The position numbers were made by a program, and so were the translations under genes. The notes under the pieces were generated by a model. The model saw only the letters and a list, made by a program, of their open reading frames with translations. It made no database searches and was not told where the DNA came from. Positions 11,794 through 23,687 of a DNA stretch of 64,000 nt are shown here, piece after piece (position 1 is the stretch's first letter; each line of letters opens with the position of its first letter). This DNA comes from Rhodosorus marinus CCMP1338 (lineage: Eukaryota; Plantae; Rhodophyta), in assembly GCA_029953675.1 (NCBI GenBank), contig JAMWBK010000010.1, positions 1,116,001-1,180,000 of the forward strand, given 5' to 3'.

Positions 11794-14700
11794 CTATCTA
11801 AATCGAACTCTGATTGACATATCTCCAGTCTCAACACCATGTGGAACGGATGGATTCGTTTCTGAACGAGGAGCCGATTTGCTACTTGTTGGGGTCCGGG
11901 ATGGTTCAACGACTGGGTTGAGTCTCCTCTTCTTCTTCGGCCTTTCTTCCAAGTGCTGGCCAACGAGGCAGCTGGCGTCCTCGCTAGACCGGGGAAGCGG
12001 AGTACAATCCTGATCGATCTCAAACAGCTCCTCCATGTCCTCTATGAAATCAGAAAGCACGTCGGTTGCGAGTACTAACTTCGGAACGCTCCGATGCGTT
12101 TTCCTCGATTCCCGATGTGAGTCAACGATGGCTTCAAGCTCCCGCGCTAAATGTCTTACACCGACAAGACATTCTGACCCACCTGGCAGACCAATTACTG
12201 ATCCTAAAGCAGCTGGCAACTGTAGGCAGGCATTTAGCACACCCATTTGGTGATCGACTTCCACCAACCCCCTCAGCAGCGATACCCTCTTTGCCGCTCG
12301 ACTGGTGCTGGAGACTGGTTTGGCTAGAGAGGCCATGGCAACCTGTCCCAAGATATGTACAACGCATTGAATTCCGTTTCCTGTAACTTCGGGGAAAAGC
12401 CGCTCGTCTCCATTCTCAGAAAGTTCGCATACGCGAGTCCACGCGCACGCCTCGTCAACCCTAGCCTCAGAGCCGAGGCAGGCGAACATGGAAGAAAGTC
12501 GATACCGAAGCACGGACTCCTGGTTTCCAGCTCTGCCTCCTTTTACATGCAGTTTACCCTGCTGTCTAGGGTTGTGGAAAAGAGGATCGTGTACAGAGGT
12601 ACAGTTCAATGCCAGAGGGGTCGATGGCAAAAAGCCCTTGCCTGCGAATTCAAAGGTTCTTGAAAGTGTTCTCAACCATAGCTGAGCCGCGGAAGTGTCG
12701 TTAACCCCACACCGCATAGCCATATCCACAGATATCGATGCCAAACTGGAGTCAGCAGTTGAATCAACAACTTTCCTCGCGAGCCGCTTTGCATCCTCTG
12801 GCTTGAGCACAATAACTCGTAGAGCCCAGCCCATTGCTTGGTAACACAGTTGGGCCTCTTCCGAAGACGCTTGGCTCATGTCTTCGTTTCTGCTCCTCCC
12901 CCTAGTCCGTTCTGACCCTGTTGAAGTTCGACCCCTAGTCTCGTAGTCGAGAAGACGTTCAACATATGTTTTGAGCTCGGGTAGCCTTGCGACCCCAAAC
13001 ACTTCATCTTCCAGCATTTTTGGGATACAAAGAAGTAAGGTATACAGAAGCTCCACGTTCTTAGACTCCTCTTCGAGCACAGTAAGGGCTAGAGCTGCAG
13101 ACGCTCCTGTAACCTGCACGTCCTCGTCTTCTGATTTGTTTAGTAACAGCTTTTGAACCTTTCTGCGCCATTCAACTCCCTGAGAGAGTTTCCTCAGGAA
13201 GCCCTCCCGGTGGGAGTCTTTCGAGGGATAGATATTTACAAGGGATATGTAGATGTCAGCTGCAAGAGATAGCTCAGCAATAGTGGCAGCCTTGCGAGAA
13301 GCGACCGGCCTCCCCGTTCTCACGTACTCTGAGGCTTCATCTGAAACCTGCAGCTCGAAGCAGAATGGATTCTCGGCAGTCTGCTCGACGATAGCCACAA
13401 CGCTGGACGCGACTAGTACTCTTCGATGACCGTGTGGGCCTGCTCTCTCCAGGAGCGACGCAACTTTCACAGACACCGCTCCGCGCTCACTTCCGGCCCC
13501 CAACACAACGTCACGTAAATCAGATATGAAACACTTGACGTGGTTGGTGTCCACTCTAATGCCCTTCGCAAGCAACACAGCTACAGCGTTCAAGGTCTCA
13601 ACCGCAAAGTCCACATCAGCTTCTGGAACAGTTGCCGCCCTTTCGACAAGCTGAAGCGCGTCCTTCGCATCAGCTTCTTCCAAACTTGGGATAATGGCTG
13701 TGACTGTCTGAACGCCGATGCATTTGTCCCTACTCTTCCCAAAGAGTAACTGCTTCCTGACCGAGACCAGTAGTGATGTCGCGACTTGCTTTCTTCCGGC
13801 TACGAATAGAGCGGCTGCGCTAGACAGTGCCTGTACAGCCGCTTGATTCAACGCACAGGGACGTTGCAAGGGCTCTAATAGAACATGCAGCCACGCTTCT
13901 AACATTTCCGACCCTCGAACAGCTGCCTCGTGCACCACGTCCGCCGCTCGACGAGCAGACGAGGGATTGCTTGAACACATCGTGGAGGATAGGTCTGTTG
14001 CCAGAGTCCGTCTAGATCTGGAAGAATGCTCAAAAAGATCTAGAAAGAAGGTCCTAACAACGCCCGCGCTAACCCCTTCATCTGTTTCATGAGTGTACAA
14101 CAGGAATGAGTCAGCGCAGCCACGAACGAAAGGAAAATATATGTCGGGTGAAAGCAGGATCAGCCAGGGTGGACTTGGGGCTTGAGATGAACGAGAACAA
14201 GGTGTTCTGGTCTACAAGAATCCGCTCTGAAATTCGATCAATCCAATCCTGATCAAGCAAAGCCCCTAAGAAAATGGTAGGAGATCCTCCGGTCCTCCTA
14301 CGTCCCAAATTTCAGCCAGGCGTGAGCCGACCCTGAGCCCATTGGCGAACTGACAAAAAGATGGAAGGGATTCTCTATGCTCTCTAATCGATAAGATCTG
14401 TCGGGTTTCCTCACCGTGTAGCTGCAGAAGCAGATTAGCTAGTTTTCTCAACCCCTCCACGTGCTTGTCGATTATTGATGGGTGCATTTTCATGATGATT
14501 CTGATGGTATCGGTTGTGATTCGATTCGTTGCAGCAGCCCGTCTTACGGAGGAGACTGCCATCCCTCGGTCTCTAGGTCGACAAAGCGCTGTTCCCCATA
14601 CGATAAGATCAATGGATGAGACACCGCCTTGACATTTTCCGCATACTTCGAGCAGGAGGCTGTTCGTCCTCCGGTTCAAACGAGATGCGTCCGCAACTAC

Positions 14701-15641
14701 ATCCGCTACGAGAGAAGCGATCCCATCACTAAAAAAAAGTAAGCAGGAAGATATGCACAAAATGCAAGGACAATTTGCCAGTGAACCGGACCTGATACTT
14801 GGGCATGGAAAGCAAAAGAGACACGAGGGACTGCTTGGCTATTGTACCTGAGAGATCTGGTCTTTTCTCTTAGTTTCTGAAGTGTTTCAGAAGAAGCACC
14901 AGTTCGGAGTATGCTGTTCACGATTGCAGGGACATCATCTTCCTCAACCGTGCTCAGAGCGTAGACCAGTGTGTCTTTGAGGTTCGCCGTTTGGTCTTCG
15001 GTAAGCTTCAGCTCGCTTGCGGAGGCGACAATCAGGGTAAGTAAAGACCGATCCTCTTGTAGGAGTTGTGCAAAGGTTGAGAGCACGCCCTCAATTTCTT
15101 CTTGGCTGTCCCCAATGAGATCAACAACGCTCGGGATGACTTCTCGCGGGTAAAGAATCGCAAGGTCTAGCAGACTATTGTTTTGGTTCCATATCGAAAA
15201 CAGAAGACAATCAGATGACCAATTAGAACACATAAGCCAAGCAAAGAAGAACACGAAAGCTGGAAATAACATTTCACATAGCTTACCCGTAGGTAATCGC
15301 CGGATGCGGCGAAGAAAGCTCGTTAGTCAATAGCCGAGCGACTCTACAAACGTCTTTTTGAGTGCTACACTGAGCGGCCAGCAGCAAATTTCGTCCGAGC
15401 TCGATATTTTCCTTCTCGTCCCCCCGTCGAAACACGTCTCCAGCTCCTTCGAGCAGGACTTGAAGGTCCATCTCAATCTCTCGCGCTCAGAGCGCCGGCG
15501 ACTCATTCTCTGCCATACCCCTGGTTGCTCCGAAATCCAATCCTGACGGATTGTCAAATCCTGCGAACGGATACCTCCACATCCAAGGCTATCCACGGTA
15601 ACCATGGTATTGTCCGACGCGCCCAGAACAAGAGTTATCAT
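11794..15641 (-). CDS. FANCD2: Fanconi anemia group D2 ortholog, multi-exon; start approximate
   Basis: SVVDLIGDSQ...LLQEDRSLLTLIVASASELKL...LSTVEEDDVPAIVNSIL matches the FANCD2 LPEILGDSQH...LSSIRLEDLPVIIKFIL block. VRKQL...KCIGV matches IRKQL...KLIGI around the monoubiquitinated Lys. Confidence 0.8.
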
Positions 15642-16249
15642 GGTATCTCAAAGAACATACATTCATCCAATGACAAAGGGGAGGGGGGTTCGGGGATAGT
15701 ATGTTCCCAGATCCTGCCTGCCCGCGAAAGAAAGAGCTCTACATATTTAAAACAACTTCGGCTATCAAATGTACCCAACAGACCAGGCCCTCCTGATCCA
15801 AGTCTCCTTTCCTTCACATACCGCCTTGCAGCTACCTTGCACCCGTAGAGGAGCGGCCGTTGGAAAGATCTGACAGCCAGTCAGGATCGGATGTCGAAGC
15901 AACGGGGACTACAGCAGAGACCGAGTCGAGTTTGCGTTAGCAGAGGGATCCGATCCTCAACGATCGCTTTCCAATGCCAAAAACAAAAAAGCCACAAAAA
16001 CATCTACTTTTCTGATTGTTTTAATTTGGAAAACATGGATTGGTTTCTAAATACAACAAAATATATCATCAAAAGACATGTGGCAAGACTGGATTGCATA
16101 GAAAAAGCATAACTCCTAACTGTTGGGCGTACTGTGTAAAATAAAGTAAATAATTGTCCACCAATGACGCTCAGGACGCGTGTGAACTATATATTGGATA
16201 CTACTGGAAAACGTAGAAAAATATAAGCAGCGCAAAATTATTTATTTTC

Positions 16250-16275
16250 ATATATATATATATATATATATATAT
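16250..16275. repeat. (AT)13 microsatellite flanked by a degenerate direct repeat
   Basis: Read directly. GGACGCGTGT and AACTATATATT..CTACTGGAA occur on both sides (about 16174-16208 and 16287-16342). Confidence 0.9.
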
Positions 16276-16668
16276 TTTAAAGTGTTGGACGCGTGTTGCA
16301 CCTTTATTGAACATGCGCGGTGTAACTATATATTCTACTGGAATTCAGTTGTTGCCCACAGCTGATGAAAGATGGCAAAGGAAACCTCCTATACACACCC
16401 GCACCCGTTGGTGTTGCGAGGAATGTTGGACTTAACATCTCTTTATGTTTCCATCGAGTTCCATGGCAGGACTTCTACCGTTCATTTGGTTACACATATC
16501 AAGTCGAGGATGGAGAGCTCTAAACTTCGACAGTTACACGTCCGCGGTTTCGGTTTTCGAGTGCTCTATAGCGGGTTGTTCGCTCTCAGAATTCGCTAGT
16601 TTGATACGACTCTACGGCAGAAACTTAAATACTCTCGGAGTAGCTCTTTCAGGTTACAGAACTTTTAA

Positions 16669-19600
16669 CTAGGACTTCATACCGTTCTTCTCCTCCGAGG
16701 CTGGCCTGTTCACGTCCTGGTCGGCCGGCTTCTCAGTTGTCGAACCCTCGCTCTTGGGTTCGGTTGATTTGGAAGATTCTTCAGAGGACCTTTGCTGTGA
16801 TACATCATAAATTGCGCCACCGATGTTGCGGAGAGCAACCATTCGAAACAAGGCGACCTAATCATGAGAGTTTAGCATATGTCAGGTTTGCAATGGGATA
16901 AAGAAAGCAGCGAAGAACTACATTGCGACAGCAACGGCAGACAGCCCTTACTCGGAATTTCGATCTGATCTGGAAGGCTTGAAGCTCGTCCACGGAAGCC
17001 TTGAGAGACTGTGTGGACAGCTCAGTTGAACGCAGCCATGGGTGTTTCAGAGCTTCCTCCGCGGTTGGTCTGAGGCGTGGATTCTTATTGAGCATCCATC
17101 TGACAAGGTCTTTACAGCTTTCGGACACATGTACCCATGCTCCTCCTCGAAAATCAGGTTCCTTCCTCACAATTCGTTGAAAGAGCATTTCAACGTTTTT
17201 TCCCTGGTCGGTTTGACAATGTTCGGGAGTCAGGGAACCATTGCGCAAAGATGAAATCCTGCTTTCTTGCTTACCATTGCGTTGCCGAAAGGAAACCTGC
17301 CACAAAACATTACATATACCACCACCCCTAGACTCCATATATCTGCTTTCTTCGGCTGGTACCACTGTCTTCTCACAATTTCAGGTGGTACTGGAGGGCA
17401 ACACATAAACCAAGAATATTCGACTTAGCACTACGCCTGCATAAGGGACGCGTGGAAGCAAGCATACAGTACTGAATTGTTCCAAGGAAGTCATTGACCA
17501 TGTGCTCAGGGTCCTCGGAGTAGATTGCGAAACCAAAATCAATCAGCTTCAGCTGACTCACGCCCTCCTTTGTAAACATGAAGTTCTCAGCTGCACAGGA
17601 ACAAAGCAGGCAGGGTGAATTAGTCCCAACCTCATCGCGAGTTGCACCGCACCTTCGAAAACTCACGCTTTATGTCCCGATGGGCAATCCCAATTGAATG
17701 TAGGAACTTGATGTCCTCCAGCATTTTGCGGAGGTCTCTCGCTGCATCCATCCTACAGTTCGAAACAGAGCGAGGTCATAAGCCAAGTCAGAAAACAGTG
17801 AAACAGTCGTCTTCCCTAGGGTCGAAACAGGTAGTGCTTCCGCCTACTCTGAGTATGTTCCTTTCTTTACAATACGATCAAAAAGCGGACCTCCACGACA
17901 CCTGGCGGCAAGACAAGAGACGAAAACCAGAAAACCATGGTTGAGCAAGGATGGCACGGCTACGCGCTGGATAGAAAACTATATTGAAGAGGAAGTCGAC
18001 TACGCAACCCAAGGTCAACTAGGGCTTCGCTGTAACGATGGTGAACTGCATCTGAGACTTACAGTTCCAGCACGATGCTCAACGTGTTGTTGTGCTCAGA
18101 GACTTCGTATGCGCGAAGAAGTCGATGACTCGTATCCATGTCACAAAGCTAGTCATCAAGGCAAGATAGGTGGGAACATGTCGTTGGTCAGCAGAAGTCA
18201 CGACACGATGGCAAAATCGAAGATAAGACTCTGAAAGTACCAATCGAAGACTCGCGCATTCTCCTTCGAAAAGAGCCAGCTGCTCCTCAGGAACCCCTCT
18301 TAACCGCATGTTCTTTATCGCAACTTGGACCTCCGAATTGTCCTTCGCCCTACCAGTAACAACTTCCCCAAATGCCCCCCTGAAAACCGGAGCGAAAGTG
18401 CCAGCCGAATTCAGCATAGAGTGTCTTCTGATCCGCACCCAACGGCTTGCACAGAACGCGCAATCTTTCTCAACTTACTTTCCGAGCACCTTTTCATCTA
18501 CATCCCATCTTTCATGTACACTTCCCTCCGTGAAAAGTGCGCCGGCAGCCTTTGAAAATCTGCTTTTTGCTGTAAGAGAGTAGAACAAATTTAGAATGCT
18601 TTCATCAGTGTTCCTGCTCTTAGGAACGCAAAGCAAAATCAACTCGCTTACCGGCACCTTCCGTAATCGTCGTTTCCGTCTTTGCCGGTAGTGCCTTCGG
18701 AGAGAGTACCTCCTTCGGCAGACTCGAGACCTCATTGGTATCTGCAAGCCCTGTCGGCTCAGCATCTTCAACGAGAAACTGCATCAACCGGTTCATCGCA
18801 ATAACTTTGATTTGTGCATACTGTAGACACAGGGAGGAAGTCAGAGCCCGAGCTTTCACCCTTAAAAGTGCAGACCAGCTTACTCTAAAGCGCTGTCTCA
18901 AGGTTGCGTAACGCATGAAAGGCGAGTCGACGGCCTCCGCAGCTGACAGCCTTTCCTCAGGTTCCTTCTTCAAAAGCTTGCATATAAGATCCTTTGCAGG
19001 TTCTGAAATTGATCTCCACTTCGCTCCGGAAAATGATGGCTGTGCATTTTGAATCCGGTTGAAAAGCGGGTCCAGTTTATCCTGCGCAAGAGGTTTATCA
19101 AACGACGCGGTGAACATGGTTTGCGCGACTCCAGGCATCAGCTGCCTTTGCGGGTTTTGGAGTTCTCCGTACCCCGCTTCCGAAGGGAAAGGTACCAGAG
19201 AACAGCACATACAAACTAGCACCAAAGCTCCACATATCTGCTAGGACAGGCTTGTAAAACTGGTTTCTGCAAATCTCAGGGGGAACTTTAGATGACAAAC
19301 TTTGCATGGTTAGCTTCCTTCAAACTACCAAGAACGTAGAACGGCAGTGCTCATGGCTTACGATACGGAGGTGTGCCTGTCAGCGCAAACCAAAACAGTA
19401 CAAGGTGAGCAGGTCGTGAAACTGTATACGGAACCTGAGCGTTGTGTCAGCCTTACCACACAGCTGCTTAATTAATTTGTTAGGATTATCTGACTGGTAT
19501 CCAAAGGAGAAATCTGACATGCGCAGTTCTCCCAACTCATCAGGCCTTGAGAACTTGAAAACCTCGGCTGTAGAATTATCACCAAATCAGCGAGGGAATA

Positions 19601-20650
19601 CCAAGTTCTGGCCAACGCAAACAGTCCAGCTAATTCTGTGACCTTACGTTTGATATTTCGATGAGCACAACCCAGTTGTTGCAGTAAGATCAAGGCCTCA
19701 AGCATTATCTTTGCATGAGAGCGTACTTCGTCCCTGTCACAAAAAATACCGCGGCCTAAGCGGCTAAGGAAAGCACGACGATATCTGAGCGGCAGTATCC
19801 ACTTACTCTGACAGTCCACCTTCGGCCTTGGACAACCGGTCGAATAGATCCTCTCCAGTTAGTCTGCAGCACAACAAAGAAGCTGCTGAGTTGACTTGCC
19901 CCTACACAGAATTCTATTTCACTTTTCGCGCTGTGCTCTTGGACAAACCTTTCAAGGATCATCAGCAGATCATCCCCGTTAACGTAAACTTCTATTATGT
20001 GTTGACATCTGTGCAGCTTGTCCGCCCGAGTAATCTAGCCAAAGCCGAACATTTTTGCACAGACTACCTTTAGGAATGTGGCACTAGGCGAGGCAAAAAC
20101 TTGCTATCAGAACTTTCGCGCGATCAGACCTTCTTAATAACTTGAATCTCAGAGGTGACATTTTTCTTCTGAAAGGAGTCGAGCTCCTTAAACGGGATCT
20201 TCTTGCAGAGGGCGTTTTCTTTCTTTCCCCCTCTTTCAGCAGCTTCAAAAAATTCGCAATATCGAGAACTGCATAAACAAGTTGGGCGTTTTCAGCGGAT
20301 TGCTCTCACAAAGCAACCCCTTTAACTCGGATCTGTTGCGCATACGACCAGGGCAAACGCAATCAAGCCGTTCCAGATCGCGGGGTCAAGTCCATTCTCA
20401 CCTGCGCAATAGCTGGCCTATCTCCCATCGCTTATGTACACTTCCCTCAGCAAAAAACTCCTCTGCAAGGACCCTAGTTTGATTTGTCAGGTGCTCATCT
20501 CGAGACGCTGGACATTTGCCAAAGAAAAAGCCACGCATTCCCTCAGAACTTATACAGATCATCGTCTACAGTGCTCTGAACTGAACCAAGCGTACCCATA
20601 AACAAGCGTTTCTCAGGTGGTTGGCGATCTCAATCGAACGCCTGCCAGCG
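16669..20650 (-). CDS. Tandem CaMK-family protein: N-terminal pseudokinase plus C-terminal active kinase, each followed by a CaM-binding-like helix; many exons, 5' end unresolved
   Basis: Domain 2 has LGKGAFGEV, VAIK, HRDIKPEN, DFG, GTIQYLPPE and ADIWSLG. Domain 1 has LRSSRYCEF, ALCK, HRNIKPEV, DFS, GTPPYLPPE and ADMWSFG. Confidence 0.85.
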
Positions 20651-22020
20651 AAAGCAAAATCGAAAGAACAAAAAAACCACGACTCCCCCGACCTCGTTCG
20701 TAGGCTGAGCCCCGAAACCCTCCCTTCCCTATCAGCCTACTCCGCAGAAGAAACAAAAAAAAAGCACAAAAAACAACCAAACCGAAACAAAAACAAAAAA
20801 TTAAAACGCCATCCAATTCCCTACAACAAAAGTATTTACACATCCCAGTCTACCAACAACCACATACCTTCCAACCCAAAAAAATATTTAATCACTCCTA
20901 CGCAGATCCTTCCTCACTTCAACATGCTACGAACAAGAACCCCAACTCTCCCTATTCACTTCTGAACAAAAATAAAAGCAACCTAAAACAACTCCGAAAA
21001 CTTCTCCTTCAAACCGTCCCCACACAAGGGTCAGCATCCCTTTCCCCCTTCTTAGCCTCTTCATTTAGTAGCAGTATCCCTTTCTTCTTTCCCGAACATG
21101 AGCGGAGAAAAAGTACTCAAACGAGCATTCCCATCAAAAACGAACCCAATAGAAGGGGTGCTCTAAAATTCCAATAAAACACATAAAGCTCTTTCTCCCC
21201 CACCCCACCCCCCCAACCCCAACCCCTATATTCAATGTGCGAATCATTGTGCGCATTCCGAGATTGGACTCCGATCGCTCTCCCCCCCCCCGTCTCCAGT
21301 TCAAGAAAAAATTGTTTCATGACAGAGAACTCTGTTTGGCGACTGATTTTTTTCTGGTTTCTTCTCATACTGTGAAACGCTTCAAACACGGCTGAATCAA
21401 GTATACCAGCAAGAAATAAACCTTCCCCCCCCCCCCTCCTTTCCTTTTGGTTTTTATAACCACCTAGGATCACTTTCTTTTTTCTTATTAAAATAAACCA
21501 TTATGTTGGGTTTTCGTTTATCTAATGTTTTTGTCTGGCCAGAATCAACGGAACGATCTCGTTGTTCCCCCTTTATATATTGCAATGAAATTAGGGTTTG
21601 GAGGCTTGGCGGATGAATTGCGAGAAAAAATAGATGCCGAGCTGTCCTTTTAAGGTTTAAGGTGATTGAAAGCAATCATTTTCTGTTGCTGACATTTTTC
21701 GAGTTGGGGGAATGGATCGATGGTCTGCCGATGAAGAGGCTGGGTGGGTGTTTACGACAAGTTGAAGCAACTAGATTTTTGATCCTGAATGTATTGCTGC
21801 TCGCACGGTCTGTTTTTTAGAAAGATCGTGTTTTCTTGTTCTCTGTTGAAACGATGGTTTAGTGCCTATAACATGTCATGACAACTGTGGTGTGTACTTC
21901 ACCTAGGCTATGGATTAAATACTTTGATTTTCATCTTGGTTGATGTGTGCCCTAGAAGGGACTGCTAGAGCCTCGGTGTGGCCATGATACCCGAGTAGAT
22001 ATGCGGTCAAAAAGAGGACG

Positions 22021-23025
22021 CTAAGGTTTCCTGTCGTCGGTGTCATGGACAACCTCAAGCGGCTCTGGTTTGCTGACCATTTTCTGTTCAGACTTCAAGA
22101 CGTCGTCCGCATCCCAGCCCATGTCTACGCCTTCGGAACCAATCTGGCTGATTTCATGGTACATTTTTTTCGTCAATAAGAGCTGGTCAAACTTGATTCG
22201 TCCCCGCGAACCCCACCCTGCAGCACCATGAGCGACATCTGGACGAAACTTCTCGTACGTATTGTAAGGCGTAGGGCCACTTACCAGTTCGTCCATTGGA
22301 ATAGCCTCTGAGAGACCTCGGAATGCTCCGTACACGTGCTCCAGTTTTGCACCAAAGTTTCGACTGATATAGTTCCATGGTTTAGAAGGCGAAATCTCCC
22401 TTCCGTCGTCATCAAGAGCTCTATAGCCAACTTGTTTGCCCTCTGTTTTCCTCACAGCATTGATTCGAACTCCGACAAGTTCTATTTCTTCAAGGTCCTC
22501 ACGAGATTCGTCAACCGCATGTGGGGTCTTGTGCTGCAGGATACCATGATATTCTCCCTTCTTTCGCGCATACCAGTCTGCTGAGGCCTGTGCGAGCGAG
22601 AGGCACGAGTTCCAGTCGAAACCTCGTTGTTTCGCAACAGAGCAAGCCCAGAGGATCATTACTGGGGACCGATTAACGACGACTTCAAGGGCTTTAAGCT
22701 CTACGGACGTCAATTTTCGGGGCTCCGGTTCATCTATATGTGACTCTGCAGCGCCTTCTTTGGCGTGTTTGGCCTTGGCCTTGGTTGAGGAGGCTTTCGT
22801 CGCACCAGATGGCTTTTTCTTCAGACCTGCTACTATCTTCCGTCGGGTTTTCGCATCTGGAACGGCCTTCTTCAGTTGAGCATCTGACAGGCCCCGCAAA
22901 GATGACTCGTCATTGACTCCGGCAGAGAGCAGACCAGGAATTAGCTGCATTGCAGTTCTCACATCTATTTTACATTGCTTCACCAGCATGTTCAAAACAA
23001 TAGGTACATCCTCGGCCCTGCTCAT
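22021..23025 (-). CDS. Conserved uncharacterised protein (NRSPV/NRAP-motif family), single exon, 334 aa
   Basis: Intact 334-aa ORF with globular blocks VVNRSPVMILWACSVA...SLAQA and WNYISRNFG...YNTYEKFRPDVAHGAAGWGSRG, resembling a hypothetical family I recall from fungi and bacteria. Confidence 0.75.
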   Translation of the reverse strand: MSRAEDVPIVLNMLVKQCKIDVRTAMQLIPGLLSAGVNDESSLRGLSDAQLKKAVPDAKTRRKIVAGLKKKPSGATKASSTKAKAKHAKEGAAESHIDEPEPRKLTSVELKALEVVVNRSPVMILWACSVAKQRGFDWNSCLSLAQASADWYARKKGEYHGILQHKTPHAVDESREDLEEIELVGVRINAVRKTEGKQVGYRALDDDGREISPSKPWNYISRNFGAKLEHVYGAFRGLSEAIPMDELVSGPTPYNTYEKFRPDVAHGAAGWGSRGRIKFDQLLLTKKMYHEISQIGSEGVDMGWDADDVLKSEQKMVSKPEPLEVVHDTDDRKP

Positions 23026-23687
23026 GTTTCAAAATTTCTCATCGAACGTCTGTGGTCACAGACGGTCCTGCACAGCGCTCAGCAAGCACCTGCCCCCTCA
23101 CCACATTCCCTGTTGGAACTAACATTGCGCCTTGTCGGATTACTTCTGTAGTTCGCCGGGACGCTTAAACACCAAAAACTTTCCGCTAAGGGTCGTACGG
23201 GCGTAAGCAAACGTCCTCAGACTACTTACCACGGTGAATCGCGACTAGTTTCGAGCCCAGCTGACATGCTGAACTAGTCATCCAGCTTTGACAGAGAGAG
23301 CCAGAATGAAAACCAAGGCCCACCGAGGCCATGAAGACGTCGGGGAGCATCAACTAGGAACCAGTGCTGTGAATCGAATGGGAAAGCATATGAAACGGGG
23401 TTTTGGAATTCAGCAAACATCTTCTGACTTAACCAGGTGCTGTTCACAGTTTTCTCAACGGTACCTCAGCACATCCAACAGGATGCACCCCCAACCAAAG
23501 CTGAGAACACGAAAGTGGATTGAAATAGAGATCCTTTCGCTCGTATGTTAGCGTGAGTTGGCTTGCTGCCTTGTTTGTACACGAGAATATGTTTTGAGCA
23601 ATATAAATTTTTAATGTATCACCAAAAAACTTGGAATAGGTGCTGGCTATGTTGTAATCTGCACAATCCTCTCCTGTCGGAGAAAGA

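Noticed and set aside
15568-15574. GTATCCG donor in FANCD2 suggesting a U12 intron
   Set aside because: It deviates from GTATCCTT, no U12 branch site was seen, and the exon boundary itself is uncertain.
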